Shown here: one piece after another, positions 50,515 through 64,000 of the stretch
Layout: every line of letters starts with the position of its first letter
Numbering within the stretch: position 1 is the stretch's first letter
Assembly (NCBI GenBank): GCA_051362555.1
Contig: CM120646.1
Coordinates: 10,850,001-10,914,000 of the forward strand
Source of the DNA: Lingula anatina
Taxonomy: Eukaryota > Animalia > Brachiopoda
Direction: 5' to 3'
DNA: 64,000 nt
Notes under the pieces: model-generated
Databases searched by the model: none
Seen by the model: the letters and a program-made list of their open reading frames with translations, nothing else
Told to the model about the DNA's origin: nothing
Translations under genes and position numbers: made by a program

Positions 50515-53500
50515 GACTCACGAAGACATTCAGAGAGCACACACAACGTAATATAACATAGGTCAAAAAGTAAAAAAAATATATATCAAGAGGATTAAGC
50601 ATAAGTAAAGAAGAATAGAAGAATAAATAGAATAAAATAAAAAAGATGGAGTAAAACAAACATACGCTGAATAAGGTCTGTAAATGGAGATCCTTCTTTT
50701 GATAAAAAGCAAAAAAGCTCTTTACTAAACGCCGAGTATTCTATTGGTGTGTGTAATCGAAGCCTGATCGTACCTGGCTTATGCGGGAAATGAACAATGG
50801 ATTTTATCAAGCCGTGAGTTAAAAGCCACGAGGGCAAATCTTTCTATGGATTAAAACTATGAAGATATTTTAGGTCGATGAGTTATTACAAAGCAATTGT
50901 CCCCATCAGAAATGTTTGAGGAAATGAAATCTTGAAAAGGAAATACACCCGTTTTCTACTTCTTTCACAACTGCAAAACGTTGTTTCGATCTACCCAGTA
51001 CAATGACACAGTTAGGTTTCCTTTACAATCCATTGCTAGACAAGTGTTTCTCACGAGTAACGATGTCACCCCCCCCCCCCAAATGAAATATAAATAAATA
51101 CACACACCTGCAAGGCCACACGCACGCACACACGCATACACACTCACACACCTTTTCACACGTAATCTGTTCTGTCGCCTTTCACAGCGTTCACGACGGA
51201 GTGGCTGCATATAATCAACATTCCAAAAGCCACCTGTCACCCGTCTCCCTAGTGTCCTTTGCACGGGGCAGTAGTGACGGTTTTCTGCCTACTCTTCCTC
51301 CTGGAAACTGGTTGCAATTTTGTACCCGTTCCAGGTATTCTCCAGGGTGTAGCCTGGACACTGTACAAAACCACAATAGTATACATCCCTGAAAGCCGTC
51401 TAGCTCTTGACCCTAGATGTGAAAATTGCCAGTACGTTTCATAATTCCGAGTTGTTGAGATCACCCATATCTACCCACATTATAGTGCACTTCTGAGATA
51501 AGATAAACGGTAATGACATTTTCATATACATTACATGTACGTGCACTAGGCAAGATAAGAAAAAGTATGTTCACGTAATTCATCAAAAGGGAACAGCTAT
51601 AGGTGATGGACGAGGGGCACTTTTATTAAAGTATATTATTAATGATATTTATCACATTTTGATAAAACTCATTAGAGACACGGTGCGTCAAAGCAACTTG
51701 GAGACGACAAAAACTGGTCCAGCGAACCGACGTCATCATAAGCGTCTCTCCTAAAGTACCGTCTTCATTGATGCTCGGTTTAGGCTTGCAGGAAGATTAA
51801 GAATTCATGGCGTCTTAAGTACTCTATGTGAGAGTTAAATGCAGTTTGTGATTTTTTACGTTAAGCAAATATTTCATGCTCTTGCAAGAAGAATAGTAAA
51901 AGCCATATCAGGTCTTAATGTGTTCACTAAGCTGATTATGTATATGTGTGTATATATGCGTAAGAAAAAAAGAAAGTATGAACGAATAAAAAAAGAAGGA
52001 AAGGGAATTGGGGAGGTGATAACAATAACATAACATGTTACTTTTAACTATTTGAGTCATGCTATTGTTTATTTTTTGAGCAAAGTCCTCGTCAGAGACT
52101 GAAAATCGAAAAAGCACTTATTCGCTGAGGTGACAACCGCTTGCTTCTGGGAATGTTTATTCAAAGACATTTAATGGCGTTATGAGTCGATCAGAAGTCG
52201 TGTACTTTAATTCATTGAGGAATGGCTTTGAATATTGGTTCGATATTTCTGCGTGATTTTATGACCCGAATAATGTGTGAAAACTGCAGTATAAGCGAAG
52301 TGTTTGTGATGCATGTATTCTCGTTTTCGTTCAAGTGTAAGTACAAGCTGCATTTTAACTACCAGGGTGTCTGGCGAAATTTTCAATAGGCTTTTGCCAT
52401 TTTTGACTTAGATGTTCTATGTGTACTTAAGGCGTAGTATTTAGATGTCAGTTTTCAAGGAAATTGCCACTCATTTTAGCCAGTGGAACAGCTCAACAAA
52501 ATGGGAAGTGGTTCTTATCAATAAGCTTAGCAATTGAATTTAGATGTAAAAAACTGGACACCTTCAACACTCGAATGCTTCTGTGGAAATTGAAAAAACA
52601 TAAGAGCAGTAACAAAAATGCTATAGAACACACAATTTTTGTAAATGCTAGCACCTCCAGTGGCACGCATCAGTATACTTGACAAGTTTACAAAAGCCGA
52701 GAAATGTTTTGAAAAACACACGCCCTACCTAAATTCACGTGTCAAATCAAGATACATATATCAAGACATATGTAAACTTGATGCCCCCTGCCGAAATATC
52801 TAGCCCAGCTAAGAATATCGACTTTAAACCACTGATGGCATGATTCGTTTCCGTAGATGCCGGCCAGCAGAGTGAAATCACCAATGTGCTAAAAACAAAA
52901 CAAATCAACTACTCTCTTCTTTTGAATTTCCTGTTGTTTCTATGAGCTTGAAATCGTATTAAGCACCCTCAAATAAACCCGGCGCCTCAAGCTTACAGCT
53001 TCCGAGTACGAATTCTGATTTTGTTTGAAAGAATGGATAGTCACTAGATTGATCATACTACATGAGGCCATTTTTGTTTGTTTGTTTGTTTGTATGTTTG
53101 GGTGGGGATTTATATCATGTTTTATAAAATTAAATATCAAATACATGGATACTCAATAATAAGGTGGTATACTCTACTTTTCTAACTGGCGAAAAGGCTG
53201 TGTCTCAATTGGAAATTTACGAAGTATTTCTAAGTTAAGAGCTCCAAAGAGACATTGTGGAGAGTGCCAGAAAAATCTCACTGATTTAATTTTTGCACCA
53301 AATTTTTTGAATGCCAACCCCTTGCTTTCGCTGAAACCATACAGGTAATTGCTTTTGAAAAGAACACATTTACATTTGCGTTCATGTTTGACGTATATAG
53401 TGGCACTATAACATATGTTAACAGGACTACATGTACCAAAACGTAGTGTGCCACCTCGCTGCAGAATTTCTTCGAAGTACTTCTAAGTGTATCGCCATTT

Positions 53501-55142
53501 GCAGTAGACATTGCACGTTTTCATCATTTTTATCAGAGCTCATAGGGAGACCTTACAAATAAAACCAAATTGAATTCCAGGACATGTCTCTCTGCGCGTT
53601 CGGGGATTATATTATCTCATGTTTGCAAAAGAGAAGAAGATTAAAAAGCTGGCGGGTTTCATAGTCCGGTTCACGGGAAATTACGTCCTTTGTCGTACGA
53701 ATGTAGGTATTCTTCTTCTTGTTAACTGCAGAGATAAATAGCAAACCCTAAGAGGCAGATGCACTTAGGCAGCCACAACAAATGATGGTAGGAACATTTA
53801 TTTGGGGACATTTCATCTGCCCAATCTTCTTTGAGATGTTCAATAATCTTTTAAGCCGCCCATAAAAAGAAATCAAACGTTTGAGGATTCACTGAATTGT
53901 GTTGGCATGTTCAAAGTGAAGTACAGGGTCTAGCTGTCCAAACCAAATAGCAAACCATACAACAACAGTTAATCTATTCTGTAAGTTATTAGGATATCTA
54001 CGTAAACAAAGCCGATCAGGCCACGTAAGTAGCTTTGACTAGAGCACCAATAACTACCATCTGCAATCTTTTGCTGATCGATGCTAAATCCAAACCGAAG
54101 ATTCTAAAATAGATATCAATGATTATAACCATTAATTTTGTTTTAAGACGTTTTATTTTCCGGTTTCAATAGATGTCGAATGGAATTGCTTCCCGTTTTG
54201 GCTGACCTATGAATAAAAGAAATATTTAATAATACTGATCAATGAAATAGATTGCACATTTTTGCGGCGACTCATTCCAAACGTGATTTGATTAGATATC
54301 TGTAACACATAATTGGGTATTCATTAGATCGGATTAGAAACCACTACCCATGTCAGAGCAAAGAGACTAAACAGTTACGAGAACCGTTCGCACGTCCCCC
54401 TCAATCTTCAGTGTTTCGCCTCATTGGGTGTGTAATTCCCCCAAGGCGCTGGCTAGATCAGTTTAGGAACGTCGATACATTAATTTTACGCCTCTCATTA
54501 TGATAAAACACCTTACCGCTAATGAAATGTCGAGAGATTAATTATTCAATTATCCTGCATTTGTTCATGTAAGTCATATCTGATGCGGCTTTTATTTTCG
54601 ACAGTATTCTCTGTTTTCTATGCTCGTGTAGTTTAATGAATGACAAAGTGATATTATGAGAAATCGGCCAACGCAGTTCATAATATCAGCATATTGAGAG
54701 AAATATGTGCAATATCAATACGAAGCACCGTGCATCTTTAACGATTATGTAATGCAAGTGGGATGTACCGTTTCTCTTTCTTTTTTCGTTTTACATTTAC
54801 ATTTTTAGATACAGTTAACTACGCTTTTTATACCCGCGGAACAACCTGTAAACCACCATTCGTTACTGGTGGTTGGGATAAATAAGGTTTAATAAAACGG
54901 GGGCGATGAATCTGAAAGTTCACTGTGCCCTGTTGGGATAAAGCGCAAAAAAAATAACAGAAGGGATCCCATTCCAACCATGCCACAGATTTTCTTCTTG
55001 TTTTAACTCTTGTTGTGTGCGCTAAAATTCCATTTTTTAAAAACCGTTGACCCCAAGTCACCGGAGTGATTAAACTGGTATGGATTTCGTCTACGAGTAC
55101 ACGATTACAGTTATATTTTGGCACAATTTTATTCAGATTGCT

Positions 55143-55143
55143 G

Positions 55144-55201
<58 letters not shown>
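55143..55201. repeat. (GA)n microsatellite plus poly-G
   Basis: Visible run. Confidence 0.97.
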
Positions 55202-55625
55202 AATCGGGGTCTCAATGCAGTCATTGTAACAATAAAAAAATACTTTATCATAACATATTAAACTTCACCTGCTTAGCTTGATTTCAGCATCTTAAGTAAA
55301 CATAATAGCCAAGACTGATTTTTTTCTGGGGGTCAATATTTTCATAAAGAAATGTCAGAGGCACTCTTGTGAATAAGACTCTAGAAAATAAAACGTCTAT
55401 ATGACCATTTCGTTAATTTTAGTATACAAATGATTCATTAAGCATGCAAATTAATCACGAATTCGATTTGTTTACTGTTATGCATTCCCTTTGTAAATGA
55501 ATCATCTCAAAAAAGCTCTCATGTGAGTCGAATAAATAGAGAACATCCCATGATAAAAGAATCAGATATTCGATTACAAAAAACCATCATGCAGTATAGA
55601 GCATTCGAATTATTAGAATTACCTG

Positions 55626-55656
<31 letters not shown>

Positions 55657-56249
55657 AATAAAAGATAAAATTTGCCTTGTAACGCCGCTTTAACTATTTA
55701 TACGTGCACAGGTACTTAATTTTCCACAAGCGGTTTATTAATGTTTGATTATGATACAAGTGAAAAAATTGCTCTCGAGATGGGTTTGGTAGCGGATTCA
55801 TGTAAACACAACAACATGGATGTTAGTTTATCCAGGCCACCTGCCTAATAAGATGCATGATTTCAAAATATGCATTAATTCATGGTACAATGTACATTGA
55901 AATAATAAATAGAGTTGAAAACATTGTCAACCATATTCAGACGGTTATTATGATCTCTCTTTCTCTCGTGCGTGTGTGTGTGTGTTTGTGTGTGCGTGCG
56001 CGTGAAATTGACAACTCCAGGACTACCTCACATGACTCTTTCCTGACCAGATTTCTGTGGTTGTTCAACAATGATAAGATGAGCACGCATCACAAGCAAT
56101 TCCTACCCAATCTCTGCTTTAAACGCACCCGGGGAGGCTAGGGGGGTCTTTATTGCCATTAGTCTCATTTGATGGATATTGCCTGGATTTAATAGGCTGC
56201 AAGCAGACAATGAACATATTGTTGGGTTATTAGTTTCAACTGTATTGGG

Positions 56250-56460
56250 AAGCCGTATATACACCAGAGATTGAAAATGTGGTAAACAGTAATAAGTCTA
56301 ATAATATGACTTAGTTCCAACATATCGTCTCGAAACTCAATATGTACATAATGAATGCAGGGTATGACATAAACTTTTACCAACGTCATGTCTTTGTCTT
56401 TGACTCATATATTTCATGTTATTGTCTTTGACTCACGAATGTTCGGACTAAATATCGCTG
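56250..56460 (-). mobile_element. Possible CR1-like RT C-terminal remnant
   Basis: LVRTFVS...KDMTLVKVYVIPCIHY resembles the R.F...D...L.LY...VRP.LEY motif; weak. Confidence 0.3.
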
Positions 56461-59400
56461 TAACACCCCTGTGTCGCTCAATGAAGGCGTTGGTCTAGAC
56501 CATAAACACACTGACGCTTTTTGGAAATACAGAGTTCTCCTCGTCTTTGAAAGCGTGTAAGAATTCGGACCAGGTAATGTATTTGTTGATATAAGGCTGT
56601 GCGCAGTGGCATTTCAGGTGACCAAAGGAAAACGGAAAGTTAAAGAACTATTGTATTGCTAAATTATATCCTTAGCATTATCATATTCACAAATTATTTT
56701 AAGATTATTTCAATTATTCAGGTTTTTAACTACCGTATTTTCAATTTTGAAGTCACGTTTCCTTTGTTATTTTATTTTAAAACCAGCTAGATTTTTACTA
56801 ATGTTTCTCTTCATACATGTATGAATAGACGTAGAAAAAATTTTACCCCAAGATGCTATTTCTTTTCTACCAGTCCAAATGAAGTTACCGTGAGCTTGTC
56901 CTACATTTAGACGATATTGATTGTCATAACGCATGCGTACCATAACAACACTTGTTGATGACTTCATTAGACCACACTTATATATCATATTTCATCCACG
57001 GACGAAAATCATTACGATCTTCAAATTAATTATCGACGGACTTCTCGTGTCCCCGCTCTATCGATATTATAAAGAAATTATTCTTAGGACTATTCTTAGC
57101 CAGTGATTTAATTCACCTAAAATTATATTCCAGAATATAATTTACCAACAGAAGCTGGACCCATGCATAGCAGTACAAATTGCAATAGATTAAGCAAGGT
57201 AAGCGTTAGCAATATTGTTTTACATGAGATAAATGCAATATACTGCCAAGGTGTTGTAGCTTGTTCTGGATAATCGTTGTTTGTTCTTAAAAAAAAAACA
57301 AATTCAGTAGCACAGTGAAACATTTTAGGTTTAACTGGTGGGCGTGTAGCCATGTTTTTGTCTGACATGTCCATGAAATAACCAACTGTTTTTGGAAACG
57401 GACATTATTACTGCTAGCTACATTTTTGTGATGCAGACTTTCAGTTCGCTAACTTTCATCTTCTTTCTATTTAATTTGATTGGGATTCAATGATGCAGCA
57501 CAGCAGAGCCTTACTTTTAAGGGTTCTATTTTCTATGTTTATAGCACTTGGAAGAAGGCTACAAACCTTGACCCGTTGTTGTGTGCATTTTTACGCAGAC
57601 CATGCGGTTTTTCAAATCAGATTAACTAATTTTAACAAAATCAGTTCAATATATATATTCAGTATTTAAGAAAGACACGTTTCATGACACTGTAATCCGT
57701 CCATTGAGTGATTGACCTCCTATCTGTTCTTCCCGACGGAGATAGGTGTGTTTTTTCCAGAACTGAAAGCACCATACACTCTCTGTTTTATCTTAACTTA
57801 ACGCTTGCACTTTGCAGCGGGCTTAATAAGACGTGGCACACATTTGTTGACTAGACTTATCAATCTTAGTGGGTGAGAACATTGTTCACGCACGTGCAAC
57901 CATGGCTTAAATTGCGAAATGCTGTCAAGGGGACTTTTAAACTGGTCATGCATCTCGAGCTTCAGTCTTCCCAGGGGCTGCCAGGGATACGTTTTCAAAG
58001 TAACCAGCACTTATATATCTAGTTCAATTATTGCCAGCGGCACTTGCGTCAAGGCGTGAAAACACTTGGAAAAATTAAGACTTGCCAGAGACGTGAGTGG
58101 TCCGGACTGATATCACAGATAAGGGCAATAACAAGGGTCATTTATGACACTAATGACAAAATCTATTCTGTCAATCCTAATCTTCCAGAAGTGCAATTGC
58201 TTGCACGTCAATCTACGTATGATTGCCGGCTTTGCCACCATGCGAAACACGGCTGCTTTAACCGTTAGCCTGGGCATTTGTTACTAAGAATATTCGAGGA
58301 AGAAAGATATAGATTTCGGTCCCCTTAATGTTAATATATTAGATGTATGCTACTAACATTGCAAATTGAAAGTAGACATTTTGGACAAGTGACCCGCCTG
58401 TCGCCAGAGGCGTCAAACAGATCCTTCTATAGCCGTCAAGAATGCAACTGTTCCGTCTGAAACTTGTTATCTACGCATGAAGGTTGGGGCGCTCAACTTT
58501 GTATGAGTATAAGCAGTTATACGGAGATATTTGCCTGCTGCTTTATATTTCTGTTTATACTTATACAAGTATAGTGTTTCAGATGCGGCTATAGTTGTAG
58601 CAAAGGCTTACCCCAAAGTGTGAGTACGAGATATTTTGACAAACAGGCCTCCAGCTGACATCTACTTCAGAAAAGAAAGCTTGTAAACATATTCGCAGCA
58701 ATTTAAGATCCAATATTACTCTTTCCAAAGACTCGGTTTGAAACGATCAGGCGATATTACTCTTTAACGACTTTTTATGTAGTTCAGTGTATCGTTTTTG
58801 TGCCATAATTAGCCGTGACGTGGTATAACTTCCCGTAAAATCAACCTTTAATGGCGGATTGAGGTAGAGATTGGCAAGTCATTTGATTAATGCAACCGAG
58901 AAATAACCAAAGAAACGTAACACCTTATTTTACCGGAACATCACGTTAACTGAGGGGAAATAAAACGCGGACTAATGCTCCACGACATGTCAAATTCATT
59001 GAAAAAAACGATGAATATTGGATTCTATTGGCATGAATGTCATCTGGATCAGAGTTATGTACATGCTTATGTATATGTGTATAGTCTTTCAATTGGTGTC
59101 GATGTGAATTCTCCAAACATACACAATATTTGTGATAGAAGTACGTTCTTTTAAATAAACTAAACTAGAAAGAGTATTTTAATTGTTCGCCGGGAAAGGT
59201 CTATTTGCCGCATGACAGTAATCAGTAGAGTCTATCACATGGCGTTATTTTTCGCCATTGCTGACGTGACAAACACTGGCGCCCTCTGAAGTTAAAAAGC
59301 TGTAGCTGGGAAAACATTATCCCTCAATTCCTTATTACTGTACAGGCTATGGGATTCTTAAATGTAAAAAGACATTATATTGATTGTATTTATCAGGGGA

Positions 59401-60994
59401 TAAGTAATTATTGTCCTAAAAATGTGTGTTTCATTGAATTTTTAAAAAACTCGAAAAAACTTTTTAAAAAATCGAAAATCTAGAAATATGCGTGTGTTAA
59501 TTTTTGGCCTCTTTGCAACCCCACAAACGGAATTTGTGCAAAATTCTTTGTACTGTAAATAAAAACTTTTGCTGACTCATTGCACCATAATTTTTAGGAT
59601 GATGAGTCGTATTGAATATTTGATATATAACTTTTATCCCTTAGGCCGTAACATTTATAACAGGCAACAATTTGTTACATTGTTAGTATAGTGGGGTTAT
59701 ATAATAAGTGCGGCCTTGTTTGGCCAAATATCGAACAACCAATATTCTTTGTTCCCTTCTTTCTTGTTGTGAATGGAATTATGAAAGTTTGTGGTGCACT
59801 AGGAAGGAGGATGAGACATAAAGGTTCTATACAAAATAACCAGCAGATGTCTAAATTTCTTTAGATTATCCTTAACTCGATCATAAGACCAAGCAAAAAC
59901 TACATAACGTACATACACGATACGTATTATGAAAGTATATCCCTCTTCATTTAATGGAGGCCTACAGCACACAAAACATAAATAGCAGCATGTACCCAAC
60001 ACAAAATATAATTTTTTTCCTTACAATCGCTGTCTCTCAGTGCATATTATTCATTTTGTATCTTAAACATTCGATGTGTTATTATTCATCTGTCCGGATT
60101 ATACACAAAATTGACGTGGATCATTAACTGTTAGAATATAAATAATCACATCAGGGTCGGGCATCGACCAGTGTGATCAAATACCTCATTTTTCGTCAAT
60201 ATCTGTTTGGACGAAAAAAGGAAATTATTAGCCGTTTTTAATCTAGCGGCTGATAGTAGGGGTATAATCTGGATCATCTGGTTTTAAAATCAGGACTGGA
60301 TGCTCCAAAGGTCTTAGACGCCGAGGCAAAGCAGCGGGTTACTAAAACGGTTGTTCCAGCGTATAATGTATACAGATTCTTGCAGCGCCTTGTTCTAGAA
60401 TCTATAAAATGGTCGGGCACAGTCCTGTATATATACTAGATTCTCAATTAATTTACGCCTTGTTTTGTGAAATGTCATGTGGCTTGACATCTCGTAATTA
60501 AAAATATAAGCATTTTATTGTAACTGTCAATTCATGAGACTTACTTTCTTATCATCGCTTGCAAGGTTTAACTATCAAGTACTTTATTATAAGTATGGGT
60601 GACTGCTACTCTATTTCGCTTGTCGTGTGTATGAAAGAAGTCAGTTCGAATTAAAAAGAACTTACTGAAATAATAATTTGATCTGAGAGTCAGTATTTTC
60701 TTTTCATAATGGTTACATTTTCATTATTTTGATTATTAACTGTCAAGTTAAAGTCGAAGTTAATGAGATGTCACTATTAAACAAGTCCTTGGTGTCAAAT
60801 GCTGTTGCTCGCCAGTCAATCACAAGGTTGCGTCTCGAATAGCTGTCAAATTACTGTCAGCTTTGATGGCGCGGGTTCATACATCTTGGATGCGATCTTA
60901 GGTTACTTTGACCGCCATTTTTTAAAGTTGCTCGTTTATCTCTGTACAGTTTATTAAATCAAATCACGACCCTTGGGTAGCTTACTATTTCAAA

Positions 60995-61130
60995 TATACG
61001 GACAGACAGATAGACAGACGGACAGACAGGTTTACGGACGGACAGACGGACAGACATAAAGCCAAATAGACAAATACACAAACGCAAACGGGCATCTGCT
61101 TAAATTCACAACACACTTAGTCGTGGTAAC
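60995..61130 (+). mobile_element. HINE-like 3' end with (GACA/GACG)n tract
   Basis: GACA/GACG microsatellite followed by a degenerate terminal hairpin ending gtggtaa. Confidence 0.45.
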
Positions 61131-64000
61131 TGTCATTACGAAACAAGTACGTTAACGTGGGTGGAGTTTTGGAACCGGTTATCTTTATGAGAAACAAATG
61201 GGTCTTTTACTGAAATGCCGTATTGCTATAGTTACGCTCTAATATAAGAGATGGAAAATAAATGAGATCATACTTTATAACAGTATGACTTTGACTACAG
61301 ACAGATCGATGCGTCACAGTGTGGCAGTGTAGAGTGTGTATTTAGCATCTGCTCTGCAACACAGGTGATATTGTCTTAATATCTGTGGGTAACCGTCATA
61401 TCAAATTGTTCAATTGACACACAGTGCTGAGAAATAGAGAGAAGAAACTGCAAAAGACGATGGGTTTTATACAGTTAGTACTACAAATAATGCAGGCTAT
61501 GTCCTATCGGTATCTGATATCCTGCTGGCAGAGATGTGCGTATAGGGATTCAACTATAGTGTAACCATATATTCCCATCTGTTCATTTATCAAGGTATTC
61601 TGTACAGGTCTAATGGAGGCAATGGTCTAGGGGCCCATTTAATATCTAAAACAGGTGTTTCCTACTCTTTGACTTTCAATCAAAGAGGCTGAGAAAGAAG
61701 GTGTTAATTTAGATATCTCTCTGAATTCGTGACAGTAGAAATAATTGGGATATGTCATTGCTGTTCAAAGTGTAGTCTTCTTTGTGTTATAATAATTTGT
61801 CCAAAATAAAAGTCGTGAATTAAATGCAAGCGATTAGCTAAACATGTATCGGTTATTGTATTTTTTACCTTCTGTCCATGAGAAAGATCAAGGAGACATA
61901 AATGTCTCATTTCTCACAAAATGTAATAGCCAAGTTGGCGTTTAGAAATTGTGTTGATTTTCTCCACAGATAATAGATTTGCAAATTAAATCCACAGCAG
62001 CCCATATTGTGAGTGACTTGGAACTTACAATTTAAGAGAGCATACATAACGTCTTAGGGTCTTGTGAGAAGGTATGGAATTCCCATAGTGTGCACGCCGA
62101 TTTGACAAATGCCCAGTTAACGGTATCTGCATGGTCGCGTCCTCTGTACATTGAGATGTGAGCGTCTCCCGAGGGCCTTGTTAAAATAATCACTGTGTAA
62201 ACTATGTGCATCTGCGGGGCTGCTCACAATGAATTTTGTCGACCCAGCTAACGCGCTCTGCCTCCACGGAACTCTCGCTGAATGCAATTAGATTAACAGA
62301 TGAACATGCCTCCTCTTGTGTACTCATTTAATCACCAGCTTTCTTTCATTCTGCAAGGAGGTATGTTGGTCTGTCAATCTGTGTACATTAGCAAAATTTA
62401 TTGTGAACGACCCCTATTATGTGATTCGACTTACGGTAGAAGTGAGATGAAAAATGGCTGCAGTTCAGACTACAGTATTTTAATTCTCAGTGCGATTGCA
62501 AGCTATTTTCGCATCTCCCTTGTACGATAATGGATTAACCGCATGTGATTTATAGACGTATGTCTCGCATTGTCTTTTAAATAAATCAAATCTCTTGCAA
62601 TGTTGTTTCAGATCTCTACCAAGGAAGACACTGGTGGCCACGTTTGGGTATTTCGGACAGGTAATTTACTTAATTGCAACATTCTGTTTCCTTCTTCGTG
62701 TTCTTACATTAACTAACCTTATTTTACTTACAAGGTACACATTCGCCTTGACTTTGAACAAAATTCTTTGGTCCCAAATCACCCCATCATTTTCTTACCG
62801 CATTTCTGCATTCTTATTTATAGAGTAAAAATTACCAAAAAATGCACTTTCTAAGTATTAATTCTGTGGTTGTAGGTATTTTTTTTTATTTCGGCAATTT
62901 CGGTATTGCGATCATTTACTGAAATTACTTCCGTTGTATTGTTAACCCGCCAGTTCACCTTGAGCGATGCGATGCGATAGGTGACTGATGAGGTAATCGA
63001 AACCGCCACCGATGCGTTTATGATTACTATATGTTGTTTCATTGCTTTGATTATTCCTAATTACCTAGAATAACGGTAATATTGTTTCACTTCCACGAAG
63101 TTCTTCAGCCTCTTGGGACTACGGAGAGAAAGCATAATTGGATAATAAAAATACGACGCGTTTGATGTTACCGTTTTAAGTTGAAGAAAGCTGAAAGTGA
63201 CAGGCGTTGGTGTCCATATGCTATTTTAAGCGCTACATATGCGTAAACAATTTTTAAGGATATATTCATTATAATTTGTGGAATGAACATATCCTTTACG
63301 TAATACGATTTGTGTGTGTGTGTGTGTGTGTTTTGTGTGTGTGTTCTTAAATCCTTTTTTTTCTGAGAATTGTGATATGTACGTAAACATTATGTCAGTG
63401 TTGTACAGTTATACAGGGCTTGTTTATTTTCCCTTACTCTTCATGTTAGGTGGGCTGTTTTTTGCAATTAAATGCCAGCCATATCTTAAGAAGCATATCG
63501 AAGTTGACATAATGGCACTTATACGATAGTGACTACCATCAGAGGAGTCTTTGAGTCACAAAAGTCTTTTAAAAATTTAGATTTGCTATCTGATAATACA
63601 ACAATGTCTTACAAAATTGTTGTTACAATACAAAATTACTTTTAACATTTTAATCGCTTTGACAACACCGATGTTTTCTATTGGGATTTTACACTTCAAA
63701 ATAAGCAATAAATAAATAATAGTTTGTTTGTATAAAAAGGAATATGTCTATGTAAAATTTATTATTACGTACGAAGACTCATAAAAACCATGTATAGAGA
63801 GTGATTAAAAAAACTTAAGCAAAAGAAGCGTTGAGAAATTTATATAATGTTTAGAATGAATAGAAAATGTGACGTTGAGATAGGACATAAATGACATAAC
63901 AAAACAGTTATATTATACATTTACTGTTTTGCAATACGCATGTCAAAGAGCAGCAGCATGACCGCTGACTTCGTGTTTCGTATCGGCGAACAGTCATTGC

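Overview
Eukaryotic, AT-rich, intron-containing DNA, probably from a marine invertebrate (inferred from spliced gene structure, microsatellites and the TE families; the taxon cannot be fixed from sequence alone). The first 11 kb holds two + strand genes. One is a complete 8-coding-exon SLC5A7/CHT1-like choline transporter (1853-7664, 1683 nt CDS, 560 aa) that appears to need one GC-AG intron. The other is a NAT8/camello-like GNAT acetyltransferase (about 10481-11055, 5' end unresolved). In the remaining ~53 kb I could recognise no intact protein-coding exon. It contains decayed TEs (L2/CR1-group RT, Penelope GIY-YIG, Tc1 transposase), several MITEs, two hairpin-forming minisatellites, a near-perfect 75-nt palindrome, local duplications and enhancer-like motif clusters; a Gypsy LTR+PBS+gag relic lies in intron 4 of the transporter. 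I found no convincing new biological system. The best leads are the altered choline pocket of the transporter, its GC-AG intron and uORF, its pairing with a GNAT, the structured tandem arrays and a 5-bp-TSD hAT-like element.
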